Of a DNA stretch of 64,000 bases, positions 47,912-56,073 are shown one piece after another. This DNA comes from an uncultured delta proteobacterium. Its GTDB lineage: Bacteria > Myxococcota_A > Polyangia > Polyangiales > Polyangiaceae. Each line of letters begins with the position of its first letter. The stretch's first letter is position 1. The stretch is from positions 160,001 to 224,000 of the forward strand of contig CAVQUB010000013.1 in assembly GCA_963716725.1 (NCBI GenBank). The letters run 5' to 3'. Made by a program: the position numbers and the translations under genes. Below the pieces are notes generated by a model. The model was not told the origin of the DNA and did not search any database. It saw only the letters and a program-made list of their open reading frames with translations.

Positions 47912-50238
47912 GTGCTGGCGGCGATCCGATTGGCTAGCGTCACCAGGTCTCGCGACTCGAAGGGCTTCGAAATCCGGGGACGCCCGGTCCGGGCCAGGAA
48001 GTCTTCCCCGCCTGGAACGAATGCGCCGCCGGTGAGGAACGCGATCTTCGCGATCCGTTGCGGCGCGTTGCGCTGCACGTGCTCGTACACTTCCATGCCG
48101 GACATCTCCGGCATCATCACGTCGAGCAGCACGAGGTCCCAGCGCTCCGGCCCTTCGAGTCGGAGCAGTGCTTCGCGGCCGCTGCCCACCCACTGCACGT
48201 CGTCCGATCTGCCGAAACACCGGCGCACCGCTCGGCCCATGAGCGGCTCGTCGTCGACCACGAGCACACGCAGTGGACGGGACGCCAAGCTCTGGGCCCG
48301 ATCCGAGGTCACCGCTCGCTTCGGCGCGGCCTCCTCGGACACCGGCAGCGTCACGCGAAACACGCTGCCCTTCCCGGGCGTGCTCTCGACATCCACGGCT
48401 CCCCCCAGCTTGATCACGATGTCGCGGCAGATCGCCAGACCCAGACCGGTGCCCTGACCCACGGGCTTGGTGGTGAAGAATGGCTCGAACAAACGCGAGA
48501 TGTGCTCGGGCGCGATCCCGGAGCCGCTGTCCCGGACCTCGACGATCACTCGACCGTCGACCTGGCGCGTGGCAACCCGGATTTCGTTCCGATCCGCGGC
48601 GCCGACCGGGATGGCGTGGGCCGCGTTCACCAGCAGGTTCAAGAACACCTGCCCGAGTCGTCCTTCGTTCCCGGAGACGGCCTCCACGTCGGCGTAGTCG
48701 GTCACGATGCGCGCCCGGTGCTTGATCTCGTTTCGCGCCATGCCGATGGCTGCGTCGAGGACCGCCTCGATGCGGACGGGAGCGATCACCTCTGCATCAG
48801 GCCTGGAGAACGAGCGCAGATCGCGCAGGATCTCTTGCACTCGCCGCGCGCCCTGCCGCGCCTCGCCCAGCGCCTCCCGCAGCTCTCTCGCACCGTCCGT
48901 CAGCTCGAACACCGCCTCCAGCGCCCGCGGGTCCATCTTGGCCGCCGACGGCCCCTCGGCCAGGCGCTGCAGCTCCCCGGCGCGATGATAGGCGACGTCC
49001 ACGTTCGCGGTGACCAGACTGAGCGGGTTGTTGATCTCGTGTCCCAGGCCGAGGGCGAGCAGACCCACGGAGTGCATACGGTCCACCTGCAGGAGATGCG
49101 CGGTCAGCGCGCGACGCTGGCGCGCGTCGACTCCTTGCAGCAGCACGGCGGGATGACCCTCGAAGTGGATGGGGACGGTGCTGATCTCGGCCACCAGGAT
49201 ACTGCCGTCCTTGGCCATGAGACGTTGTTCGATCGGGGGGTTGGGCAGTCCGGCGACGGCTCGCTGAATTCGGTCGACCGCGAGAGGGATGTCGTCGGGA
49301 TGAACGAATTCGAGCACCGGACGTCCGTGCAGCTCTGCCGCCTGCGAGTACCCCAGCTCTCGCACCGCCACCTCGTTGACCCAGACCAGGGTGCCCATAC
49401 GGTGGATGGCCACGCCTTGGGGAAAGCTCTCGAGCAGCCTACGGAAGTCGATCTCGGAGCGCTGGAGCGCTTCTTCGGCGAGCTTGCGGTCCGTGATGTC
49501 GGTGTGCGTGACGACGACGCCGCTTTCTGAGCCCAGCATGCGATCGACCTGCATCAAGAACCACCGCGCTTGGGCCGGCGAATCGCAGCGGTACTCGGTG
49601 CGAAAGTGCGGGATCTCTCCCCGAAGAACCCGGACAAAGCCGGCTCGAGTCGCCTCAGCTGTCGGCTCTTCGTTCGGCGCCCCGGCGACCACGTCCAGGT
49701 ACGACGTACCGATCCCGCATCGAGCAACGACCCCGCCGTTGTCGCCGCAGAATCGGTCCCAGGATCGGTTGGTGAGCACGATCACCCCGTGCTCGTCCAC
49801 CACCGCAATGTTGGGGGACAAGGCGGCGAAGGCGCTTTCGAGCAGCCCCTCTCGCCGTTCGAAGTGGCCCCGGAGCCCCATCCGGTCCACGGCTCGGCGT
49901 GCAGAGCGCAGGATTGTGCCTCGGTCTTCGCGTTTGCCGAGGCAGTCCTCGGCGCCGTAGCGCATCGCCTCGAACGCAATCGGATCGGCGTCCCCTGTCA
50001 CCAGCGCGACGATGGCGCTGAGCGGGCACAGATCGCGCACCGCCGCCACGAGCGTGAGATCCCGCGCGCCGACGAGATCCAGATCGACCAAGACCGCGTC
50101 GAAGGCGACGGAGGAAACCGCAGCGGCCAGTTCCGCGAGAGAGGCGGCCACCCGCCAGCCGCTGTCGCGAGGACTCGCCAGGAGTTTCTCGACCAGAGCG
50201 ACGTCGGTCGAAAGCAGGAGCATCGAACCGCAAGACAT
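47908..50238 (-). CDS. Hybrid histidine kinase (degenerate REC-PAS-PAS-HisKA-HATPase-REC)
   Basis: LGHEINNPL, QVFLNLLVNAAHA, DSGSGI, FFTTKPVGQGTGLGL, VLVVDDE...LLDVMMP...KPF. Confidence 0.93.
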   Translation of the reverse strand: MSCGSMLLLSTDVALVEKLLASPRDSGWRVAASLAELAAAVSSVAFDAVLVDLDLVGARDLTLVAAVRDLCPLSAIVALVTGDADPIAFEAMRYGAEDCLGKREDRGTILRSARRAVDRMGLRGHFERREGLLESAFAALSPNIAVVDEHGVIVLTNRSWDRFCGDNGGVVARCGIGTSYLDVVAGAPNEEPTAEATRAGFVRVLRGEIPHFRTEYRCDSPAQARWFLMQVDRMLGSESGVVVTHTDITDRKLAEEALQRSEIDFRRLLESFPQGVAIHRMGTLVWVNEVAVRELGYSQAAELHGRPVLEFVHPDDIPLAVDRIQRAVAGLPNPPIEQRLMAKDGSILVAEISTVPIHFEGHPAVLLQGVDARQRRALTAHLLQVDRMHSVGLLALGLGHEINNPLSLVTANVDVAYHRAGELQRLAEGPSAAKMDPRALEAVFELTDGARELREALGEARQGARRVQEILRDLRSFSRPDAEVIAPVRIEAVLDAAIGMARNEIKHRARIVTDYADVEAVSGNEGRLGQVFLNLLVNAAHAIPVGAADRNEIRVATRQVDGRVIVEVRDSGSGIAPEHISRLFEPFFTTKPVGQGTGLGLAICRDIVIKLGGAVDVESTPGKGSVFRVTLPVSEEAAPKRAVTSDRAQSLASRPLRVLVVDDEPLMGRAVRRCFGRSDDVQWVGSGREALLRLEGPERWDLVLLDVMMPEMSGMEVYEHVQRNAPQRIAKIAFLTGGAFVPGGEDFLARTGRPRISKPFESRDLVTLANRIAAST

Positions 50239-50329
50239 CGCTGGGCGGGAGTCTACGCCCGCAGCGCCTGATCGACCACCGTGGGGCCGGTGGCAAGCCC
50301 CGGCCCAATTCGCCCGCGCCTCGACGCCA

Positions 50330-50737
50330 TCAGTCGTCGTCGAAGAAGATCGGGTCGCGGCACGAGAGGAACACCTCGATTCTGACGAGATCGGCCGCCT
50401 CGAGGTTCATGAACTGGATGCCCAGCCCCGGTGGAACGTCGCTGTCCTCGACATAGGCTCGGGCCCAGCGGACCTGCCCACGAACTCGAATCGGTTCGCC
50501 ACCGTCGGGCAGCGTGAGGCTCACATCAAAGACGGAGCCGACCGCTTTGATCGAGTGCGTGGCGATGAACACGCCCCCTCGGGACAGGTTTTCCACGAAT
50601 CCAGCGTAGAAGTTGTGTTCGCTGCACAAGCTGACCGTGAGGTCGACGGTGTAGCGCTCGTCTTGTCGGCGGTTGTCGGTGGTCGGCGCGTCGGAGACCC
50701 GCCGGATGGTCGCTTCGGTGTGGAGGGGTTCGTTCAT
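50330..50737 (-). CDS. PilZ-like protein (TIGR02266 myxobacterial family)
   Basis: RRQDERY (RxxxR), ENLSRGGVFIAT (D/NxSxxG), VRGQVRW, GLGIQF. Confidence 0.88.
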   Translation of the reverse strand: MNEPLHTEATIRRVSDAPTTDNRRQDERYTVDLTVSLCSEHNFYAGFVENLSRGGVFIATHSIKAVGSVFDVSLTLPDGGEPIRVRGQVRWARAYVEDSDVPPGLGIQFMNLEAADLVRIEVFLSCRDPIFFDDD

Positions 50738-50765
50738 GAGGGTGTCCTTGACTAGAGCTCCCGCG

Positions 50766-52163
50766 TCACCGACGGGAGATGACCTTTCGGGTGACGACCA
50801 CGCGCGGGGTTGCTGCGGCGCTCGAGTCGCTCGCGTCGGCTATCTCGACAAAGTCGTATCCGAGCGGCTGAGCCTCTCCGTCCTCGACGGCGACGCGAAG
50901 GACCCAAGGGCCACCGCCGCGTCTTGGTTGAACGACGCCTCGCAGCCATCCGTCTCGCTCACTGAACGCCACGTCGACCTCTTCAGTGTTCAGTCGCACC
51001 CGGGGGCGTGCTTTCATGAATTTGGGAACCGGGCCGCCGCTGAGCTCCTCCAGTCGCACTCGGATTTCGACCGGATCCTTTGGCCACACGGCGTTGCGCG
51101 GGCTGATCTCGATGCGTGAACGAACCGTTCGCAGCGCGAGCTTGAGCGCGACTGCATCGGTCGAGCCTGGAAGGCGAAGAGACACCGTTCGTTCGCGGCG
51201 AGATGCGACCAGGCTACCGGACGCCGCCCTGTAGCCACCCGCGCCAAAACTCATCTCCAGCCCTTGGGCTCCCTCGAGCGCGAGCTTCTGTCCTCGGCCC
51301 ATGCGGTAGACCCCCGTACGATCGAGGTACCCTCCGCGGGGTAGGCGAACCCCAACAATCCGCAGAGCAACATCCGCGGGTCGAGTGTTGGGGATGCCCG
51401 TGGGGTCGTCGGCCCAGACGCGCAAGCGATAGCGACCGGCGGGCTGCGGCCCAAGCTTCGACGGGAGCGTCGTGTCCTTCCCCGCGACGCGCTCCACGAC
51501 TCGTCCGGTTGCTTCGTCGACGAGCTCGGCTCGATAGCCTGAGGCCTCGGGCACGGGTGCCCACGACAGCCCTTTGAAACGCGCCGACGGCTCCGTCGCC
51601 AGCACAATGCGGCGCCCGGCGATGGCCGATGGGGACGCCGCGAGCTTGCGCGATGCCTGGGAGGTGTCCGTGGACACCTGCACTTGTCCGGCAGGGAGCG
51701 GTCGGAACGGACCCGTCGATATCGAGAGCAGCGTGTTGCCCTCGATGTTGGCGAGAGCCGTGCTGCCCGGCAGTGCGGCGAGCCTGAAGACTCCGGTACG
51801 CACAATCGCAACGTGCTTGCGGGGCGCCACCACCACCACCGCGCTCGTCGCTGCCCGCGGAGCGTTCACTTCTACCGTCCCGCTGCGCACGATGAGCGTG
51901 TACCCCGGGACTCGCTGGCCCGGCCCGAGCAGCAGTGGTTGCGGCGCACCGTGCAGCCGAACCACAGCGCCCGCCTGCGCGCGGATCCGCGGGCCACCTG
52001 GCACCACCCATTCGGCCCCTGCGGGCCCGGCTACCGCTCCGTGAACACTGTCGGTCACTGCGCCCTGGGACAGCGTCGGCTTCCCTTGTGCAGCGGGGGC
52101 AGCGGCAATCCCCCCGGTCAAGGTGAGCGAGAGCAGGACGAAGGAGAGCGCATGTCGAGGCAC
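50766..52163 (-). CDS. Secreted beta-rich hypothetical protein (FecR-like N-terminal region and Ig/FN3-like domains possible)
   Basis: Signal peptide; LIVRSGTVEV...IVRTGVFRL...NIEG; LSWAPVPEASGYRAEL; GRYRLRVWA. Confidence 0.7.
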   Translation of the reverse strand: MPRHALSFVLLSLTLTGGIAAAPAAQGKPTLSQGAVTDSVHGAVAGPAGAEWVVPGGPRIRAQAGAVVRLHGAPQPLLLGPGQRVPGYTLIVRSGTVEVNAPRAATSAVVVVAPRKHVAIVRTGVFRLAALPGSTALANIEGNTLLSISTGPFRPLPAGQVQVSTDTSQASRKLAASPSAIAGRRIVLATEPSARFKGLSWAPVPEASGYRAELVDEATGRVVERVAGKDTTLPSKLGPQPAGRYRLRVWADDPTGIPNTRPADVALRIVGVRLPRGGYLDRTGVYRMGRGQKLALEGAQGLEMSFGAGGYRAASGSLVASRRERTVSLRLPGSTDAVALKLALRTVRSRIEISPRNAVWPKDPVEIRVRLEELSGGPVPKFMKARPRVRLNTEEVDVAFSERDGWLRGVVQPRRGGGPWVLRVAVEDGEAQPLGYDFVEIADASDSSAAATPRVVVTRKVISRR

Positions 52164-52286
52164 GAGACAGTCAACGGCCAGCGGCGACGAAGCTTGAGCT
52201 GCGGAGCGTTGTGGGCGTCGCGATGTCCTACATCAGCGCCACAGGTGTCACCCGGGCCCCGGTGTGCGTTGAACGACCGGAGGTCC

Positions 52287-53294
52287 CTAATCTGTCGGAG
52301 TTTCGTCGGAGTTTGCGGGGATAGAAACCCGGATCCGAGTGCCGACGCCAACTTCGCTCGAGATCTCGGGGCGCCCTCCGAGTCGCGCTAAGAGGCGGAA
52401 CGCGGCCACCAAGCTCGATCCCCATCCCAGCTGGGACGGGCCAGGGCGGCGAAATCCACCAGGATCAAGCAGCTGCTCGATCACGGTCGCCTCGACTCCC
52501 CGACTGGTGTCGTTGATGGAAATGACCAAGTCACCGTCAACGCCATCGAGCTCGATCGCGATGCTCCCGACCTCGGTGTGCACGGCGACGTGCGTGAGCA
52601 AACCGTCGATGACGCGGTCCAAGAGCAGAGCGTCACACCGAATCGCCTCGGGCGCACCAGACCCAACTCGAAGGTCGACACCGACCGGGCGACCTCGAAC
52701 GAGCGCGCTGGTCAGACGGCCCATGCGGGCCCCCAGTTCCTCGATGCCGATACGCTCCGTCTCCAGAGGTACTCCGGCGATCTCGAAGGTCGCGACCTTG
52801 CCCAGTGTGTCCAGCAGCACAGTGACGCGATCCACGCCCAGACCCACGTCGTCGAGCACCTCCGCTGACTCGTCGTCGATCAGCGCGCCCGAGTCCCGCA
52901 AGAAGCCGATGTTCGTCTTGATGACCGTCAGCGGGCTCCTTAGGTCGTGAGAAAGGGTTCGCACCACGCGAACCCAACGCTCGCGCGTCATCTCCATCCC
53001 GCGGGCAACGAGTTCGATGGGGTCGGATTCGTCGGAGCCTCCGTCCATCCGTCGAATCCACGCCTCGTCGCGTAGAGCGAGGGCGTAGACCTCACGTCGC
53101 ATCTGCGCATCAGCGTCGGAGTCGCGACGGAGCAACTCGCACGCGCCGCGGACGCAGCTCTCCAAAGCCCGAGCGTCGGATCCGGCGTCGGCCAAGATCT
53201 GATCCATCGCGGTTTCGCCGCACCGCTCGCGCACCAGCGCGAGGAGGGGCTCGATGGAGGCGAGCTTGTGATCGGAGGACACGGCGAGTTCCAA
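52287..53294 (-). CDS. Histidine kinase-like protein with degenerate ATPase domain
   Basis: H-box LSHDLRSPL is intact; N, G1 and G2 boxes are altered (DGLLTHVAVH, DTSRG, GWGSSL). Start uncertain (TTG). Confidence 0.75.
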   Translation of the reverse strand: MELAVSSDHKLASIEPLLALVRERCGETAMDQILADAGSDARALESCVRGACELLRRDSDADAQMRREVYALALRDEAWIRRMDGGSDESDPIELVARGMEMTRERWVRVVRTLSHDLRSPLTVIKTNIGFLRDSGALIDDESAEVLDDVGLGVDRVTVLLDTLGKVATFEIAGVPLETERIGIEELGARMGRLTSALVRGRPVGVDLRVGSGAPEAIRCDALLLDRVIDGLLTHVAVHTEVGSIAIELDGVDGDLVISINDTSRGVEATVIEQLLDPGGFRRPGPSQLGWGSSLVAAFRLLARLGGRPEISSEVGVGTRIRVSIPANSDETPTD

Positions 53295-53317
53295 TCAATG
53301 CGAGAACCGACCAGGAT

Positions 53318-54523
53318 TCAATCCCCGGGCCGTGGCCCGCCGACGATGCGATTTCTCCCAGAATCCTTGGCTCGATAGAGGCGCTCGTCCGCGCGACTCA
53401 TCAACGCAGCCCCGCTTCGTTCGCCGCCCTCCGAGAGCGACGCGCACCCACCGCTGACCGTCGCAGGCAGGGCGCGACCCTCGAAGCGCGCGCTGAGAGC
53501 CTCGATGCTGCTGCGAATGCGCTCTGCGACTCGCACCGCGCCCTTGAGGTCGGTGGCCCGCAACAGGACCACGAATTCTTCGCCGCCGTAGCGGGCAAAG
53601 ACGTCTTCGCTCCGAAGCTGGGCGGGAGTGACCTGAGCGACGTGGCGGATCACGGCGTCTCCAGCCGGGTGTCCCCAGGTGTCGTTGACTCGCTTGAAGT
53701 GATCGATGTCGAGCATGATCAAGCTCAGATCCGTCTGGTGGCGTAGCGCGTAGGCCAACTCTTCCCGTTGCCGCTCCTCGAAGTGGCGGCGGTTGTAGGC
53801 GCCGGTCAATGGGTCCCGCGTACTCGATTCGTGCAGCCGACGCAGCAGACTCTCGTGGAGGCCGTCCGTGACCGTGTAGCGAAAGCAGCTATGGGTTCCG
53901 AACTGGACGACGTCGCCATCTGCCAGCACTTCGTTTGTGACTCGATTCCCACGCAGCCATGTCCCGTTGCTGGAGCCCAGGTCTTCGATGGCATGGGCGT
54001 TGCCCAACCAGGTGATGCGTGCGTGAGCGCGGCTGACTCCACCGTCGGAAATCCGAACGTCACTCGACGCATGGCGCCCGACGGAGCGGGCTTCGACGCC
54101 CAGGGTCACCAAGCTGCCGGCGTCCACCCCGTCCAGTCGAATCAGCACGGTGCGCTCGGATTGAGGTCGCGGAAGCGGCGGCACACTCACCCGGGTGACG
54201 CGCTCTTCGTCGCTGTCGCGGAACAGGTCCACCGAGGGCATCGGCGCGCGTGGTCGGACCGCCGGCATCTCTGCGCGAGTGACCGCAGTCGATGACGCCG
54301 CGGGCATCGCCACTCGTGGGCGGACCGCCGGCATCGCCGAGCGAGTGACCGTGGTCGATGACGCCGCGGGCATCGCCACTCGTGGGCGGACCGCCGGCAT
54401 CTCCGGGCGAGTGACCGCGGTCGATGACGCCGGACGTGGCGCCGGCGGCACCAGCGCGCTGCGACCTCCGGGGTCGTCGGCGGCGCGCGGAGGATGCGCG
54501 CTCGCGCTTGGGCAGACAGCCAT
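53318..54523 (-). CDS. FHA-domain diguanylate cyclase
   Basis: FHA VGRHASSD...VSRAHARI...DLGSSNGT; DPLTGAYNRR, DIDHFKRVNDTWGH, RSED I-site, GGEEF. Confidence 0.93.
   Translation of the reverse strand: MAVCPSASAHPPRAADDPGGRSALVPPAPRPASSTAVTRPEMPAVRPRVAMPAASSTTVTRSAMPAVRPRVAMPAASSTAVTRAEMPAVRPRAPMPSVDLFRDSDEERVTRVSVPPLPRPQSERTVLIRLDGVDAGSLVTLGVEARSVGRHASSDVRISDGGVSRAHARITWLGNAHAIEDLGSSNGTWLRGNRVTNEVLADGDVVQFGTHSCFRYTVTDGLHESLLRRLHESSTRDPLTGAYNRRHFEERQREELAYALRHQTDLSLIMLDIDHFKRVNDTWGHPAGDAVIRHVAQVTPAQLRSEDVFARYGGEEFVVLLRATDLKGAVRVAERIRSSIEALSARFEGRALPATVSGGCASLSEGGERSGAALMSRADERLYRAKDSGRNRIVGGPRPGD
54235..54432. repeat. 66-bp coding tandem repeat x3 (ASSTxVTRxxMPAVRPRxxMPx)
   Basis: gtcgatgacgccg recurs at 54288, 54354 and 54420. 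Confidence 0.9.
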
Positions 54524-54579
54524 GACCAGGTGTACGGCTCGGCGAGCGGATCATTGAGCAACAAACTAGCTGCGCGTCC

Positions 54580-56073
54580 GTGCAGGTCCGCTGCCTGTTG
54601 CCTCCGGAAGCCGCGCGAGGTCAATATGACTTTCTATTGGAACCAGCACCCCGAGGCCAAGCGCAGGCCATCCCAGCCGCCGGTCGCCTAGGGAACATCC
54701 TCGTCGTCGAAGATGACGCCGCTGTTCGCAGGGCGGTGTGCCGGGCCTTGCAGGCGGGCGGGTTCACGGTGCGCGATTTCGACGCCGGCGCGGACGCGCT
54801 GGTCGCACTGGAGAAAGCGGCCGACGAGATCGACGTCCTGATATCCGATGTGCTGATGCCGGGACTCAGCGGATTCGAGTTGCTCACCGAAACCCAGGCG
54901 CGGTGGCGTGACATCCCCGTGTTGTTGATGACCGGCCAGGCGACGGTGTCCGCGGCCGTGGAGGCCATGCGGCTGGGCGCGTACGATTATCTGGTCAAGC
55001 CCGTCGACGCCCAGAACACCCTCATCCCCGCTGTCGCGCGCGCGATCGAACACAAGCGTCTGCTCGCGCGCAACCGATTTCTGGAGAGTCAACTCCAAGC
55101 CACACAACGCGCCCGGGGCATGGTCGGGGATTCGGCCGCGATGCGACAGGTCGGCTCACTCGTCTCCGCGGTCGCACCCGCTGACGTGACCGTGCTGGTA
55201 GAGGGAGAGAGCGGGACAGGAAAGGAGTTGGTCGCCCGCTCGTTGCACGAGCAGAGCGCTCGAAGCGGCAAGCCATTCGTCGACGTCAACTGTGCCGCGC
55301 TCACCGATTCTCTGCTCGAGAGCGAGCTGTTCGGACACCTGAAAGGGGCGTTTACCGGTGCTACGGCGAATCGCAAAGGACTCTTCGAGACCGCGTCGAG
55401 CGGAACCCTCTTCATGGACGAGGTAGGAGAGCTGTCTCCGGCGACGCAGGCTCGTCTGCTGCGGGTGCTCCAGGAGGGCACCGTTCGCCCGGTGGGCTCC
55501 ACCGAGTCTCGTCGGGTCGATGTGCGAGTCATCGCGGCAACGAATCGCGATCTTGCCAAAGAGGTCGAAGCCGGGCGCTTCCGCCAGGACCTGTACTATC
55601 GACTGAATGTGTTCAACATCGAGCTGCCGCCGCTCCGCGACCGGCGCGAGGACATTCCGATGTTGGTCGAGCACTTCCTCGGGAAGCACGGCCAGCGTCT
55701 CGGACGACGGATGCCGCAACTCGACACCGCCGCCCTCGACGCGCTGTGCGGCCACTCTTGGCCCGGGAACGTTCGCGAGCTCGAGAACACCATGGAGCGC
55801 GCCTTGGTGCTCTGTCGCGACGACGTCGTCACCATCGACCTGTTGCCTTCCGCATTCCGCAACTCAGGCGGCGGGAACGTTTCCGAGCCCACCGGTCTCC
55901 GACCGCTGGCCGCCGCGCGGGACGAGTTCATGCGAACCTACGTGGCGCGGGTGATGACGATGGCCGGAGGCAACGTCACCGAGGCTGCACGGCTCTCGGG
56001 AATGGACGCCTCCAACTTTCGGCGTCTCGTTCGCCGTATTCACGACGAAAAGAGCGTCGAGAGCTTCGATTGA
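54580..56073 (+). CDS. Sigma54-dependent response regulator (NtrC/AtoC-like REC-AAA+-HTH)
   Basis: ILVVEDD, ISDVLMP, GESGTGKE, ESELFGH, GAFTGA, FMDEVGE, FRQDLYYRL, WPGNVREL, GNVTEAA. Start codon uncertain. Confidence 0.95.
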   Translation: MQVRCLLPPEAARGQYDFLLEPAPRGQAQAIPAAGRLGNILVVEDDAAVRRAVCRALQAGGFTVRDFDAGADALVALEKAADEIDVLISDVLMPGLSGFELLTETQARWRDIPVLLMTGQATVSAAVEAMRLGAYDYLVKPVDAQNTLIPAVARAIEHKRLLARNRFLESQLQATQRARGMVGDSAAMRQVGSLVSAVAPADVTVLVEGESGTGKELVARSLHEQSARSGKPFVDVNCAALTDSLLESELFGHLKGAFTGATANRKGLFETASSGTLFMDEVGELSPATQARLLRVLQEGTVRPVGSTESRRVDVRVIAATNRDLAKEVEAGRFRQDLYYRLNVFNIELPPLRDRREDIPMLVEHFLGKHGQRLGRRMPQLDTAALDALCGHSWPGNVRELENTMERALVLCRDDVVTIDLLPSAFRNSGGGNVSEPTGLRPLAAARDEFMRTYVARVMTMAGGNVTEAARLSGMDASNFRRLVRRIHDEKSVESFD

